64,000 nt of DNA from Octopus vulgaris. Lineage: Eukaryota. Positions 11,636 through 25,611 of the stretch are shown in pieces; position 1 is the first letter of the stretch, and the number at the start of each line of letters is the position of its first letter. Location: contig OX597820.1 of the NCBI GenBank assembly GCA_951406725.2, positions 42,594,001-42,658,000 on the forward strand. The letters run 5' to 3'. A program made the translations under genes and the position numbers. The notes below the pieces were generated by a model, which saw only the letters and a program-made list of their open reading frames with translations, ran no database searches and had not been told where the DNA came from.

Positions 11636-12314
11636 ATGAGGAGAGATGTCATTTCAGGAGATCATTTCTGAACATATCTGAGTACTGTTCATAAGAAATA
11701 ATCCAGCTGTAATTCAGAAAAGATAACAGTGAAATACCAGAACTCAAGTATATTTATAAGATTAATACATTTCAGCATTTACATGACGCTAAGTTTAGTT
11801 CTCTCTTCCGGTTTCTGGGAGGTTATGGACATGAAACACAAGTCTCTGATTTGATGTGATTCCGATCAATCGCAGGTTAAAATTTCCCTTGTACACACTT
11901 TCCTATTTACTCTTTGACTAATCCTATACAGGAAAATCGAATAATTTAAAGTAGCGCCGCGAGTTAAAATAGAAAGCATAAATACTTGACTGACTGAGAC
12001 CGAATTCTCACCTTTACATCGTTACACACAACATATAGTTATTGTGTCTCTTAATATATTATTTTATCATTATAAAATCAATGATTTACAATAATAAAAT
12101 TCTAAATAAATTCATTATGACGTAATAAAAGAAGGTTGAATATTAATCAATATGAAATAATATCTATGGATTTGTATTGTGATAACATCCGGTTGGAAAC
12201 GTGTGTTCTAGGCTCTGTTCAACACTTGAATTGTCTTTTATCATAGCATATATATGCATACATACAAACACATACACCACATGCACGTACACACACACAC
12301 ACACACACTTATAA

Positions 12315-12476
<162 letters not shown>

Positions 12477-12599
12477 AATTATATAGATAATTATATGGAT
12501 ATAGATATATAGCTTTAGGAGACAATATTTATAAAGTCAAGTTATAATGATTAACAGAAATCATAACTATTATTAGTTAGCAGAAAATTAGAAGAACAA

Positions 12600-13650
12600 A
12601 GTGGATTTATTTCAAATGGTAGTTCGTGGCAAAATAAGTTTTTTTATATATATAAAAAAAATCTACTTTGAATTAGTGGATTGTTTCCATTTAGATATTT
12701 GGTTTAGCAAGATAGGAAAAGGAAAAAGAGAAATATAAGAACCAGTACAGAATGAAAAAAGAAATATACCTGTCTACTAACTTGCGTTTGTAAAACAAGA
12801 TTTAACTGATATTGTCAGATACTATTAAGGTTACATGATATTAAATAGATGAAAACAACTTTACGAGTTATTACATAAGATTTTGACGGGATTTACCTCG
12901 TTAAAGATACAAATAAATATATAAATAAATTGTAAAATGCAATAATTCAAGATGGAGATATGTGTGGAAAATGTATAGATTCAAATTTACTGCTAATGTG
13001 GAAGCTAAATGAGTATAGAAAAAGCAAGAATTTTATTCTTAATGCACAAGCTAAGGGGAATTAGGTGATAGTGTGTAATGCTGTCAGTGGCAAGTTAAAT
13101 GGATTAAGAGGAAATGTATTGAAATAATGTATTTACACAGAAAATAAAAGAAAATTGTGGGGAACTAAATGGTTTAGATGTTTGGATTATAAATGTTCAG
13201 TGCAAGAGGATTATATGCTTGGAGAATTAACTTGTTAAAGGTTAATAGTATTCGTAACTCGTAATAGTACTTAATTATTTAAAGAAATTAATACAGATAC
13301 AGATTTCACCGTAGTGTTTATAGAGTATGACTAGATTAAGGTGGTTGTTTGTAAATGTAAATGCTTAATAATCCTGATTAAATGAACGGTTGCCTTTAAA
13401 TACATAATAGGGGTACATCTTATTAGGAAACAGGAGTATAATTAATGGAATAGGAGAGATAAGAGGGAAAATTATAGAAATACCTGGAGTAGAGTAAACT
13501 GAAAATATAGGCGAGATCATTAGAAGAGAATATAAAGTATACAGGGTTGTAAGTAAACAGATATACATAAATGTTATTGCTCCTAATTTGATCACACAAG
13601 GTGTGCATATGTTGGTAATACCTAAATATTTAAATATGTTCAAATTTCGG
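12600..13650 (-). mobile_element. Highly decayed LINE 3' region (RT C-terminus)
   Basis: FKYLGI motif at ~13615-13635 on the minus strand, followed by strand-biased degenerate sequence; clade and boundaries are uncertain. Confidence 0.35.
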
Positions 13651-14842
13651 CCAATGTACGTCCGCGAAATGTTCCTATTTTTATTTTTGCTTTGTATGTA
13701 ATATCGTTAACATTGCATTTGGATATCAAAGAGCAATTTTTTTTCTCTTTTTTTTTTTTGTGGCCTATAAAAAAAATCCATAAAAGTTATAGCAAGGCAT
13801 AGCTGACTTATAGTGACCTGCAGTCGTAATAATTTGTGCGAAATTAAATGTAGTGAAATATATTTTAATGCCATTTTAGTTGAACATCGCTCAAAGTTAT
13901 CTCACAGTAAGGTAAATGGTGAACTGAACACTGGCATATGGCATGGCATATTTTATTTTCTGCGAGTGCTTTTAATTCTGAGTATACTTATAACTTTCTG
14001 CGATTTCTAATTTGAAGATTTTTGGTTTCCATAAACGCTAAATATTCTTAGTAAATACGTTAAAATTTATTATCTAATTTCAGACTATTGGAATGTTTAT
14101 GAATGTAATGTGAGATCTTATTTGGTTACGATCTTTTTGATGCAACGATTTGGCATGTTACAGACATGGTCAAGTTATAAAATGTCAATTTGTGGAAGAC
14201 AAGTATATACAGGTAATAGAAACGGAATTTCGTCGAAAATTCTAATTTTGTTTTCCTTGTACGACGCACTTTCATAGCTGCAACTAGCTTTTAGGGTATT
14301 TGAATAAATATCTCAAGTTGTCCAGGCAAATGTTGTTGGTGGTGGATGAGTATGCGGGTCTCGGAGGGGGATATGACTGAGAAATATCGAAACCTGTCAC
14401 TCACTTTCACTCCCGAGGCGATGTCGTTTCGTCTAGCTTTGAGTAATACTGTGTTGTGTTTTTAAGCACAATATGTCTTTAAAATGGGTATAGCCTCAAC
14501 GAAAGACTACGGCGTCACAGAACCTAACATATATATGCAATAAGTTACATTATTTAAGCTGCTTCAAATATAAATTCTCACATGCATACATTATTGTCCG
14601 AGCATATCACAATAACATAGAAAAGAACCAATTTGAGAAAAGACCGCTTTCAAACAAATTCTAATAATATGAATGCTCCCTCAGAAATTCAGAAACAGAG
14701 ATAAAGGATACAATCCCAAATGACACGCCATTGATATAATAATATCAAACAAAAGATTTCTTGAAGAGTATCGCAAAACGACCCTACGAACGAGGCAGAC
14801 TAGATCACAGTCTTACCACAAATATAGGGACAACCACTTTCT

Positions 14843-14882
<40 letters not shown>

Positions 14883-15959
14883 GTGTTTTTTTTGTTCCAG
14901 CCAATATCAAAGTAGGATGTAAAACGTGGACAAACTGGGGACGACTTGAAATCAAAGCTGCATAATTCGTCCTCTCAGATTATAAGATATTAGTGTGGTA
15001 GCAACTAGCAAAACTAAGATTTCTTACATGCGCAGCTGGTGCCTATCTTTAAAGGCTTTGTAAAATACACATTTCTTATCCGGCCTGATTCGGCGAACAG
15101 GCAGAGTTATTTCAGAAATTCCTAGATTCCAAGGTAGAAATGATCTTTCTGAAACTGGAAGGAAAGTCTATGGCTTAAAACGTGAGTAGCAGCACAAAGA
15201 CGATGCCTTCAGACTAGCGGCAGGGCAGCCGGGTTTCTTTGAAGGATTCTAAGAATCGCCCCCAATGCTTAAAACAAATGGGAAACTAGAATGGAATCCC
15301 AGAGTGACAATGGGATTGCACAGCTATTACCGTTAGAAGAGGAAGTTGCAAAAGCTTCGCAATCCTGTTTGAAGTTTCCAAATATCTGGCAGGTATCGAT
15401 TGAATTGCTCGAATGTGAAGCTGGGGGCGTGGAATATTAGCTCTGATGAAACTAGAGGATGACTTGCATTGTTTGAAAGAGGCTTTTAGCATGATAAAAA
15501 GTAATGGTGATAAAGTGGTATACAGTAATGTGTTAAATGTTTCTTCTTAACAACATATAACTCGAGAAGAGAAAGCAAAAACTAGGTAAATAACTGTAAA
15601 CATCAGAACAAAAGCAAAATAAATGTGAGCGAAATCAGATACATAATTGCATCTATAGATGCAACAACAAAGTCAGCACCGTCACTCTCACCAACATCAG
15701 CAACAATGCCAACATTACCAGTGACAACAACGGCAACGGGAAGCACATTATAGTCCTCACTGCATACTATAGTCTGGACAACAGCAACGAAAGCTACAAT
15801 AATAATAATGGTTACATTATTATAAGCAAGGCGAAAATTAAACACTACGTCGGCATTGTCAACGACCTCAACAACGCCCTCTTTGTTGCCAATGTCTCAA
15901 ACGTCAATGTCATCTTCCTTACCTTTATTGTCATTTTCGCAGTCGTCTTCCACCTCCCT

Positions 15960-16184
15960 CCTCATCCTTCTCATCATCATCATCATCGTCATTAGAATAA
16001 TCATCACCATCATTATCATTAACAGCAGCAGGCAAAATAGGTACCTCAACACAATTGACAAAAATATCATCAATATCATCCTCATCATTGTCCTTCTGAT
16101 GAAGATGATGATGGGCCTCACCACAACCATCATCATCATCACCATCATCATCATCACCATCATCATCTTCATCATCATCATCGA

Positions 16185-16250
<66 letters not shown>

Positions 16251-16420
16251 CACCATCATCATCTTCATCATCATCATCGACATCATCACCATCATCATCA
16301 TCTTCATCACCATCATCATCATTACCATCATCGAATTCAACATCATCTATAAATACCAAAACGACAAAAACAACAGCAACAACTGCAACTGCAACAACAA
16401 CAACAACAACAACTATTACT
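15960..16420. repeat. (ATC)n/(AAC)n low-complexity tract
   Basis: Directly visible, with internal higher-order duplication. Confidence 0.9.
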
Positions 16421-17127
16421 ACAGAATGCATCTATCAACGAACATATTGACAGTGGCAAACAACAGCGACATACGCCAGGAATAACGATCGCACCACGCC
16501 ACAACACACAACGCCACACCGCCAACTTACTGAAGAAACAATCATACTAACGAAGACACAGACGGCAACAACGACATCAAAAAAAAAATAAAATAAAATA
16601 AAATAAAAAGCAACAGTCAATAACTCAAACGATGTACATAAAGCAATATACCATCAGAAACAACAGCAGCTAAACCGAATAGCTGTAATAAGAAAGATAC
16701 TGCAGCAGTAACCAGTGGAAACAAGCCCACCCCCTACACACACACACACACACACATACAAACACACACACACACATATATGAACACACACATACACATA
16801 CGTGCACGGGTACACATACATATATATTCAAGCAAACAAAACTACAAAAGTGAAACAAGCTATAAAGCATGCATGCCAGTTTTAATCCAGTTCTTTCCTC
16901 GAGTCGGGATTGGTTTATCGTCTTATATTCATGTAATATGCATCTTATATTCTCTAATAACACCGAAGCCTACGTCATCTTTCATCGCAATTTGACTTGT
17001 TTTACAGAAATACATGACATCAGGGTCATTAAGAGAAAGCTGCGCATGTATTATTGCAGGTGAATATAAGCATGTGCCGACAGGCACAGATATAAATGCA
17101 TAAACAAGCACACACGCGCACAGGTAC

Positions 17128-17129
<2 letters not shown>

Positions 17130-17193
<64 letters not shown>

Positions 17194-17309
17194 GCATGTA
17201 TATATATATATATATACATATGCATGTATATATATATGCATAAATATATGTATATATACATATAAATATATCTACACATATATATATATATACATACATA
17301 CATATATAA

Positions 17310-17355
<46 letters not shown>

Positions 17356-17490
17356 ATTTATATATCTTATATATAATTCATTCATATAAGTGTATATGTA
17401 CATGTGCGTGTGTGCATGTATGTATGTGAGTGTGTGTGTGTGTGTATGCATGCGCGTGTGAGTATGTGTGTGTATGTATATGTGTGAGTT

Positions 17491-17555
<65 letters not shown>

Positions 17556-17566
17556 ATGTGTGTATA
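17130..17566. repeat. (TA)n/(TG)n dinucleotide tract
   Basis: Directly visible. Confidence 0.9.
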
Positions 17567-18250
17567 TCTGTCTTTTTGAGTGTTTCTGTGTGACCTTCAG
17601 TGCGTATGCATTTTACGCATACACGAGATCATGTGCTGCCGCTTACACCGCATGCTTGTGTTTATGTCTCTAGGGGTTTGACTCTGTTTTTTACATATAT
17701 ATATTTCACATGTTTCCCCAAGTTTGCCCTTGAATTTATTCATAAACGATTACGAATGAAAAGATAGCAGTACTTTATTTAAGTAAAATTTTAGCTACAC
17801 TTTCTAGGAAACAGACTGACCTCATAAACGTTTCCCTTATGCTAAGGTCATAAAACTGGTAGCTATTTCGATGAAATAATATATTCTTAGCCATTCAAAA
17901 TAATTTGTAGAGACAGAGATATTTAGTAGTTATTTAATAATAACTTTATAGCATCTAGATGCACGTACCTGCTGATCTCATCAACGTTATACGTCCAGTC
18001 TTGGTCCAGCAAGTGTACAATCTTCTTTCTGCATAAATTTTCTTTGTCATCCAATTTCTGTCAACATACAACAGGTTTTGTTCGCGAAAATGTATCTACA
18101 TCTCATCAAACATATATATGGAAGGCATATATTCAACATAGAATGATTGCAAATCTGAGTTCGCAAGCAACGATGGCCACAAAATATGTTAGTTAATGTT
18201 AGCTTGAAGAAGGTTCAAACGTAGTTTATCAATCTGTTGCCTCTCTGCAT

Positions 18251-18286
<36 letters not shown>

Positions 18287-18427
18287 CACATATGTACATA
18301 TAAATATGTGTACTATATACATATATATATATAAATATATGATATACATACATCTGCAGATATCTACATATCTACTTTTATATAAATATATGTTTGTGCG
18401 TATATATATATATATATTCGTATCTTT

Positions 18428-18480
<53 letters not shown>

Positions 18481-18523
18481 AATATACGTTTGCACGTATA
18501 CATATAAGTATCTTTACATATAT

Positions 18524-18621
<98 letters not shown>

Positions 18622-18622
18622 C

Positions 18623-19115
18623 GAAGCATTGGCGCAAACTTTAGGTATAAGCAGAAATTAGGTTACTTGAAATATGTTCCTTACACATTTCAACTGCTAA
18701 AAGATAAATACACTGCAGTTATTGTGGTGAAAAAAAGCTCTCTTATGGTAAAAAGTTGTGAAAACATCCATTTCTTTATGAGTGGCCACCTGTAAAGAAT
18801 CTCAGACATCGATGTTTTGAGATTTCTAGATTTTGTCAATGAGTTATACCTAAGAGAGGCAACTCTGAGTGAACTTAATAAAGGTGTAGCTTTTATATAT
18901 AATTCAGTCATCATATTTACTGATTTGCGCTCGTAGATCACCCGATCAATGTAAATAGCAAGCATTGGCGCAAAAGAGTGTTTATGTTATGAGCAGAATC
19001 TAGATTACTTGAAATATGTTTGTCACATATTTCAACTGCTAAATAGCAAATACGCTGCAGTTACCGTGGAGAAAATATCTCTCTTATGGTAAGAATGTGT
19101 GAAAACACCCACTTC
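18623..19115. repeat. Diverged local duplication (~155 bp, period ~337 bp)
   Basis: agcattggcgcaaa...ttacttgaaatatgtt...tttcaactgctaaa...ctctcttatggtaa...tgtgaaaaca occurs at ~18624-18775 and ~18961-19113. Confidence 0.8.
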
Positions 19116-19728
19116 GTTCAGTGTACATATATCTAAAAGAAGATGCTGGGTTCTTAAAGGTCGGATAATTACCCATGGCCTATATTATTTAGCATGAACT
19201 TAAGACTAAAAACCATGTAATTAAATTCTATACTCAATCAGCGAAGTATGTCATATCACTGAATTAACATAGGATTTCTATTTCTGTCAGTGCATGAAAC
19301 AAAGATAGATGCTATCTGAAGAAATTACTTTCACCTGCAACAATTCTGAAGTAGCTATGTCACTATGCGTCAGTATTTGACAAAATATCTAGTGATAAAA
19401 TCATGAAATATTCTCATAGATCTAACCTGAAGTTAATGATTTAAGAATGATTAAGCAGAGTGCATAAAGCATATGTTTCCTTCCGTGACCTGCGGATTAT
19501 ACGTAAACTCTAAACCAATGGTCTTTAATCTTGGTTTGACGCCCATTTTCATGCAGCGGAAACTTTTTGTGCAGTCTGAGAAGGGATCTATACGATTAGA
19601 GAGGTCATGATTTTTCTTAGACATAATATATTTAAACTATTTTAAATAGATTTGCAAGAAAATGCTTGTCGAGATAAGAATATATGTAGAACATTGTGTT
19701 TTCAGCAAAATAGCAACGTGAATAGTCT

Positions 19729-19823
19729 TGTTTGATATCTGCTTGGTTTCAAGACTATATATCCTCAAATTAACTGGTCTATTGGGATCAAAGTTATTTT
19801 TAGACTGGGATTACTTCTCAGCA
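19729..19823 (-). repeat. 95-bp inverted near-identical copy of 24629-24723, flanked by an 18-bp direct repeat
   Basis: One mismatch over 95 bp; flanks agcaacgtgaatagtctt (19712-19729) and agcaacatgaatagtctt (19820-19837). Confidence 0.9.
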
Positions 19824-20293
19824 ACATGAATAGTCTTTGCAAGGAAATGAAGTTGCTGTTGTTATTTTGGCTTTACCCATCCCGGATTAGGAAAAGGGTA
19901 CAGCATATTGTGTTACGATTGTTGGCTAAACCTGAACGTTAATAAAAAAAAATATGCAAAAGAGAAGACACCAGGCACTGTTCGTTAAGTGTCGAAATAG
20001 GTATTATAAAGTCAGCAAAATCTCATGAAGCACAGTATAGTCATGAGATATATTTCGATTATTAATATATGATTTGGAATATAATGATATGCGAAGTACT
20101 CTAAGTTATTTTAAATTTCTTTTTGTTTTGTTGTTCTTAAATGTAGCATTGATTTTACACATAAGTTTCGTTAAAACCAATGATAGAACTTTGAAATTTA
20201 AATTCTTATGCCCTTTCGTTTTTTTATTAAATTTATATGACTAATGATATAAAGAGAATTTCGTCGTATTTAGAAAATTTCATGGAATTAGGG

Positions 20294-20476
20294 GTTTCAA
20301 AATTTTGGTATAAGGCCAGGCAATTTCGGGATAGTCAAAATCGATTACATCAACTCTAATGGTCAGTTGAAAGGCAGAAACGATCTCGGTGGAATTTGAA
20401 CTCAGGTCGTAAAGACTGGAGAAAAGACGTTTAGCATTGAGCCAGGCTTGCTAACGATTCTTCCAGCTCGCCACCT
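20294..20476 (-). mobile_element. tRNA-derived SINE (diverged copy)
   Basis: Reverse complement of the head ggcgagctgg.agaatcgttagc and of B-box-like gagttcaaattcc. Confidence 0.8.
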
Positions 20477-21159
20477 ATTCATTTTATTGAAATATTAAAA
20501 GACAAGCAGTAGTCCACGAATGCATCTACAAAGACGGAGAAAAATATGGATAATATACCAGTGCGTAAAATTTATTTGTTGGGTTCAATACGATACTCCA
20601 GTATAACTACAGTTATATGACTGAAACAAGCAACAGATAACGTACTTGTTTTCTTAGCAAGATGTTGGATGGTATTTGTAAAAAGCTATTTGCTGAAAAG
20701 GGGCGCAGAGATAAATAACATTGAGAATCACTGCTCTAAACTATCTCCGTTTGAAAGTATTCATTTGCTGTGACTTTAATGGGAGTAGTTGTTTCATTGT
20801 TTTTTTCTTTTGTGACATGCAGCCTAAAGATATATTACTGCACAACATGAATTAGAAAAATGCAGTTTCAATGGATTTCTCGTTTTGTTTCTCTGTCTTG
20901 GATTCGGGATCTTTAGGATCAATGTCATATTTCAACAACTAAACGCAATGATGTCACTTAGGCGTATTTAAGATTCAAATAATGTTACACAATCAAGAAA
21001 ATCATTATGAAGTACCGCAAGTTGAATACATAAATCTCACTATCTCAGGAAAACAAGAGAAATTCATTAACGCTTTTTTTTTCTCTAGACGTGTTCTGTA
21101 ATTCTGACAAGCAAAAGCGTCACGATGTCTACATGGCTTTAAAAGTATTGGTAATATTG

Positions 21160-21588
21160 ATTTCAAAGTTTTAGCACAAGGCCTAACATTCCGAGGTAAA
21201 TTGATTACACTGACCCCAGTGTTCAACTGGTACTTACTTTATCGGCCCGATAAAAGGCGGTGAGCTGGCAGAATCGTTAGTACGCCGGGCGAAATGTTTA
21301 GCTACGTACTGAGTTCAAATTCCGCCGAGGTTGACTTTGCATTTCATCCTTTCGGGGTCGATTAAATAAGTACCAGTTACGCACTGGGGTCGATATAATC
21401 GACTTAGTCCCTTTATCTGTCCTTGTTTGTCCCCTCTATGTTTAGCTCCTTGTGGGCAATAAAGAATTAAACTTATTTTATGACCGGAAATTATAAAAGG
21501 CAGAATTTGAACTCAGAACAAGAAAAAGGGACGAAATGGCGCCAAGCATTCTTCCTGGCATGCTAACGATTCTCCCAGCTCACAGCTT
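21160..21588. mobile_element. Nested SINEs: a plus-strand copy (21256-21468) inserted into a minus-strand copy
   Basis: A full plus-strand head/core/tail interrupts a minus-strand copy whose halves lie at ~21160-21255 and ~21470-21588. Confidence 0.85.
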
Positions 21589-22344
21589 TAACTATTGTTA
21601 ATATTGAACAGGTGAGAGAAAATTAGGTATCATTACACTGCCATAGGAAACAGGTACCGTAGATTTTTGCTATTAGTTACAACTGTCATCATCAATATCA
21701 CAAAGTTGTAGTTACATATTGCTAACTTAGAACAAGCTGTAGTGAGTGTCCTGAATCATATCTTCTAGAAATAGGTATGCTGCAAGATTGCCGTTCCATC
21801 TATTCATATCAAGAGAAAAAACGAGCGAAGAATAGTGTCCATAAGAAGTCGATCAGCCTGCTAGAAATACACGTCAAATCTCATGAACTTACGTACCATC
21901 AACTTATGAGATTAGATAATGCCATCCGCTATTCTCTGATCATAAGGAAAGAATGAATTGAATACATCTGGAATACCTTTGATCATAGGTCTGAAAGATC
22001 AGGGCTGAAAGGCACTAAACACGGTATACAATTGATACAAAATCTCATTTTCCCCTATTATGCATTTTCACTTGTATTTCTTCTATTCCACTGATACTCG
22101 AAATAACTTTGTGTATCATTTCTGAAACTGAAATTCGAAACTACGAATACTTGTGTATCATTCATATCTCTACTTGTCTACCTTGTTAAAATTGTTTTGT
22201 TTATATATCTGTAAGATTCTATAGGTAAGTATCTATATAGATGTGCACAGACACTACACAAATGTACAGACAAAAATTTGCATATATGTATATAAGACTG
22301 TGCAGATAGGTGTCGATTATGCAACAACAACAACAACAACTTTA

Positions 22345-22698
22345 AATACTTAGAAAGTGGTTCCTGCATAAAATTCATGAGCGGATCCCTTTTTGAAATA
22401 AATGCAGGTATGAGCTGCAAAACGCAAAACCTTATATACTGCATTACCTGCCCAAACTGCAAAGAAAATTACGTTGGTGAAAAAATACTTCCCTCTGCCA
22501 ACGTGCAAGAATATCCAACAAGCAACATAACTGACAAAAGGAATTGCGCAAGATTCCATTAAGTAAGCATCTAGAAATATACAGCGACGGAAAATTCAAA
22601 GTTTTTCCTCTTTACAAATGTGCACGGACGCTCCGCAATACGGAAAAGCAATGGAACTACATTTCATCAAAAAATCCTCTCCAAAATTGAATGTTTGA
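22345..22698 (+). pseudogene. Penelope-like element GIY-YIG endonuclease C-terminal fragment
   Basis: FEINAGMSCKTQNLIYCITCPNCKENYVGE matches C.x.NLIY.I.C..C...YVG. After a frameshift: KQHI, SKHLE, FKVFPL and ELHFIKK..PKLNV*. Confidence 0.8.
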
Positions 22699-23061
22699 AA
22701 CATTTTTATTCTAAATATAACTCAAAGAGAAGAAGAAAGAAAGAAAGAGGAAACTAGATGGCATGAGGAAAGAAAAAAGGAAAAAGAAAGAAGAGAAGAA
22801 GTGAAAAAGAGAGAAAGAAAGTAAAATAACTTTCTGTGATGACCACGCCACACCTTTTTTATGAATGGGGAATAGGAAGAGGTATCTCCCTTCCCCTCCG
22901 CTCCCCCCTCTCTCTCTCTGTCAATCTGTCTATCTCCATTGTCATGGAACTTCACCCAAAAGCACAAAAACAATGTTCTCCTCTACTAAACACCCCACCC
23001 CCAAAAAAAATATTTGTTTTATATAAATGAACAAGTTGTTTGTACATTCACAAAATTCTAT

Positions 23062-23090
23062 TTGACAAGTTCGAGAAACGAATGAAAGGG
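23062..23090 (+). ncRNA. Decayed hammerhead relic downstream of the Penelope ORF
   Basis: TTGACAA-GTTCG-AGAAA-CGAAT-GAAA is derivable from CTGACGA-GTTCG..CGAAC-GAAA by transitions; stems I and III are not recoverable. Confidence 0.35.
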
Positions 23091-23698
23091 ATAATGATAA
23101 TGAATAAATAAAAAGATTTTTCCCAAAATTCTGGCGAAGTTTTTACTCAACATTCAATATCTGTACACTACAGCTAACACTATATATATATATATATATA
23201 TATAGGTATGTACTTCAACGGTGAAAACATCAGTAAAAAGAATGGATCTGAGAAAACTTTTCTTGTGCGTGATGAATTACGTAAATCTGTTATGCAGTTG
23301 CATAGCGATAAGTAAAAAAATCTTATTCATGGTGCTAAATTTTAATAGACTAGACATCGGAAAATATTCTATAAATATCAGTTAATACACTGTGGATAAA
23401 TTACGATTATATAGGAGTTTTGGTTATATGACTAATATCTGGGTTTAAAAAAAAAAAAATTCGGAACCCAAACGTTATTTAAGGTTGAAAGTTGTAATGA
23501 AGAGGAAATGGGTTATTGTTTGGTAAAGGTGCAACAAGATTTTATATGGCTGTGGATATATTTGAATTAGATACCGAAGATAATCCTGCTTAATTTTATC
23601 AGACTTCGCCTTTGCCCTTAATGCTAGTATTCATTAAGATAAACTTAGAAAATCTTTTTCACTAAATAATCTAAGTATATATTATGACAGTTTTTAAC

Positions 23699-23740
<42 letters not shown>

Positions 23741-24149
23741 TTTGAAAGAAAGATAAACGTAAATAGAAAATGAGAAATATAAACGTACTGAATAATTTTA
23801 TTTACAAAAAAGCATAAAAAACACTGTCTACATTTTTATAGTGTATTCTTTTGAATGTGTAGCAATAGATTTTATAGAAAGTCGTAATTTTCTGTTGGCG
23901 ATAGTTCTTTACATTTCAGATATACAAACAACTTTACATATTCTGGTAAAAGTGAAGTTCTATCCCCTTTACAATACCACCAGTAAAATTCAAGATATCA
24001 TTAGAGTAATAATGATTATTAATTCAAACGCATGCAAGTTCATCAAATTATGAGGAGAGGCGTTAGTCGATAGTATCGACTCAGTACTTGAGTGGAGCAA
24101 GAGGTAAAACTGACCGCTGCAAAATCTGAAACGTAAAAATGCGAAGAAA

Positions 24150-25230
24150 AAAAACAACTTTAACATTAATGGTATTATTTAAAAAGAAGAACCCAAGAAA
24201 AGTATTAAACCATTTAATGCGCACATAAGAAATGAATGATGAAAAACACCTACAATATCAGGTTCTGAATAAAAGGATTCATCATGGCCTTCAGCGTGAT
24301 AGCTGTTCCAAACTGAAAAAAGAAAAAAGGCCTATGGAAATATACACGGACTGATGGCCGATTAACCACTGTATGTAAACTCACAAACGGAACAGAATTC
24401 AAATTAATACCAAATAAATTCAGCACAAAATATAAAGAAATGGCAGACTAAACACATAAAAACTCTATCATTTGGTCCTATATTAAATTCCCTGCACACA
24501 ATGAATTCGACGCATAAAAACTATCCAAAATAGAACAGGCAACATTCCGCATCACCAGACATTAAAAAAAAAGCAGTCGGGATTCGATAAATATGATGAA
24601 AATAAAGATAATATCCTAATGTAAGATCTGCTGAGAAGTAATCCCAGTCTAAAAATAACTTTGATCCCAATAGACCAGTTAATTTGAGGAAATATAGTCT
24701 TGAAACCAAGCAGATATCAAACATAAAAATAGAATACTTGAAATACAAATGTATGCAATGAAAATACAAGTAACAAAGAAACGCAAGCAACTAGAATAAG
24801 AACATGTAATCATCAGGAATCCAACAGACGAAGACATACGTAGCACACCCTAAAGACATAAAATAACTATCAAAGTAAAAAAAAAAATGAAGCCCTAGCT
24901 TTCCTACTGAACAACTTCCGATCTACAGCAACAGGAATAAGAAGACAAGTCCTATTGAAAATGACCATAAAAAATGTTGCTTCACTGACGTATGAATTCC
25001 AACGTACGACAATATATTTCCAACATATATTGAGAAACTATTCAGATATAAACATCTAGATATAGAGTATGGGGAATACAAATAAACAATCCCCATCACA
25101 ATAGGTGCCTCGGGAATGATGAAAAAGATATACAAACATGTAACCAAATCACCAAGACTTACACTTCGACAGACCTATAGAAAATATCACTCCAAGGCAT
25201 TAGATATATTAGTATACAGAATATGTTCAA
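24150..25230 (+). mobile_element. Old, degraded RLE-type LINE fragments
   Basis: Remnants of GFIMA, FTDV*IP.YDNI, EKLFRYKHLDIE, TIPITIGASG and a terminal QKI.L.G-like segment. Confidence 0.55.
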
Positions 25231-25466
25231 TATACAATAAAGGTAAAATATAAAAACAGTGTACGGTTATTTGCTGAAAACCCACAATGAAAATATGACT
25301 GCTGAAATATTTTTTTTTTTCCTTTTTTTAGGTGTTGTAAACGGCCTCATGAAAGTGGAACGGTTTATAAAAAATTATTGGAAACGAAGTGTGTACCATA
25401 CATACATGCATGAATACACACACACGCACACACCACACACGTGCATACACGTATGCATACATACAA

Positions 25467-25582
<116 letters not shown>

Positions 25583-25611
25583 CAATGCGTACATACATAC
25601 GTACATATATA

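Noticed and set aside
14340-14405. Hammerhead-like GGATGAG...GAAACCTGTC
   Set aside because: Two core mismatches and unconvincing stems; cannot be separated from chance.
17008-17059. Resemblance of this segment to FGF (DIRV..RMYYCR) or kinase (YMTSGSL) motifs
   Set aside because: The matches are too short, fall in different frames, and no neighbouring exons of either family were found.
21256-21330. tRNA-like A/B-box sequences
   Set aside because: These are SINE heads; no cloverleaf can be formed, so they are not called tRNA genes.
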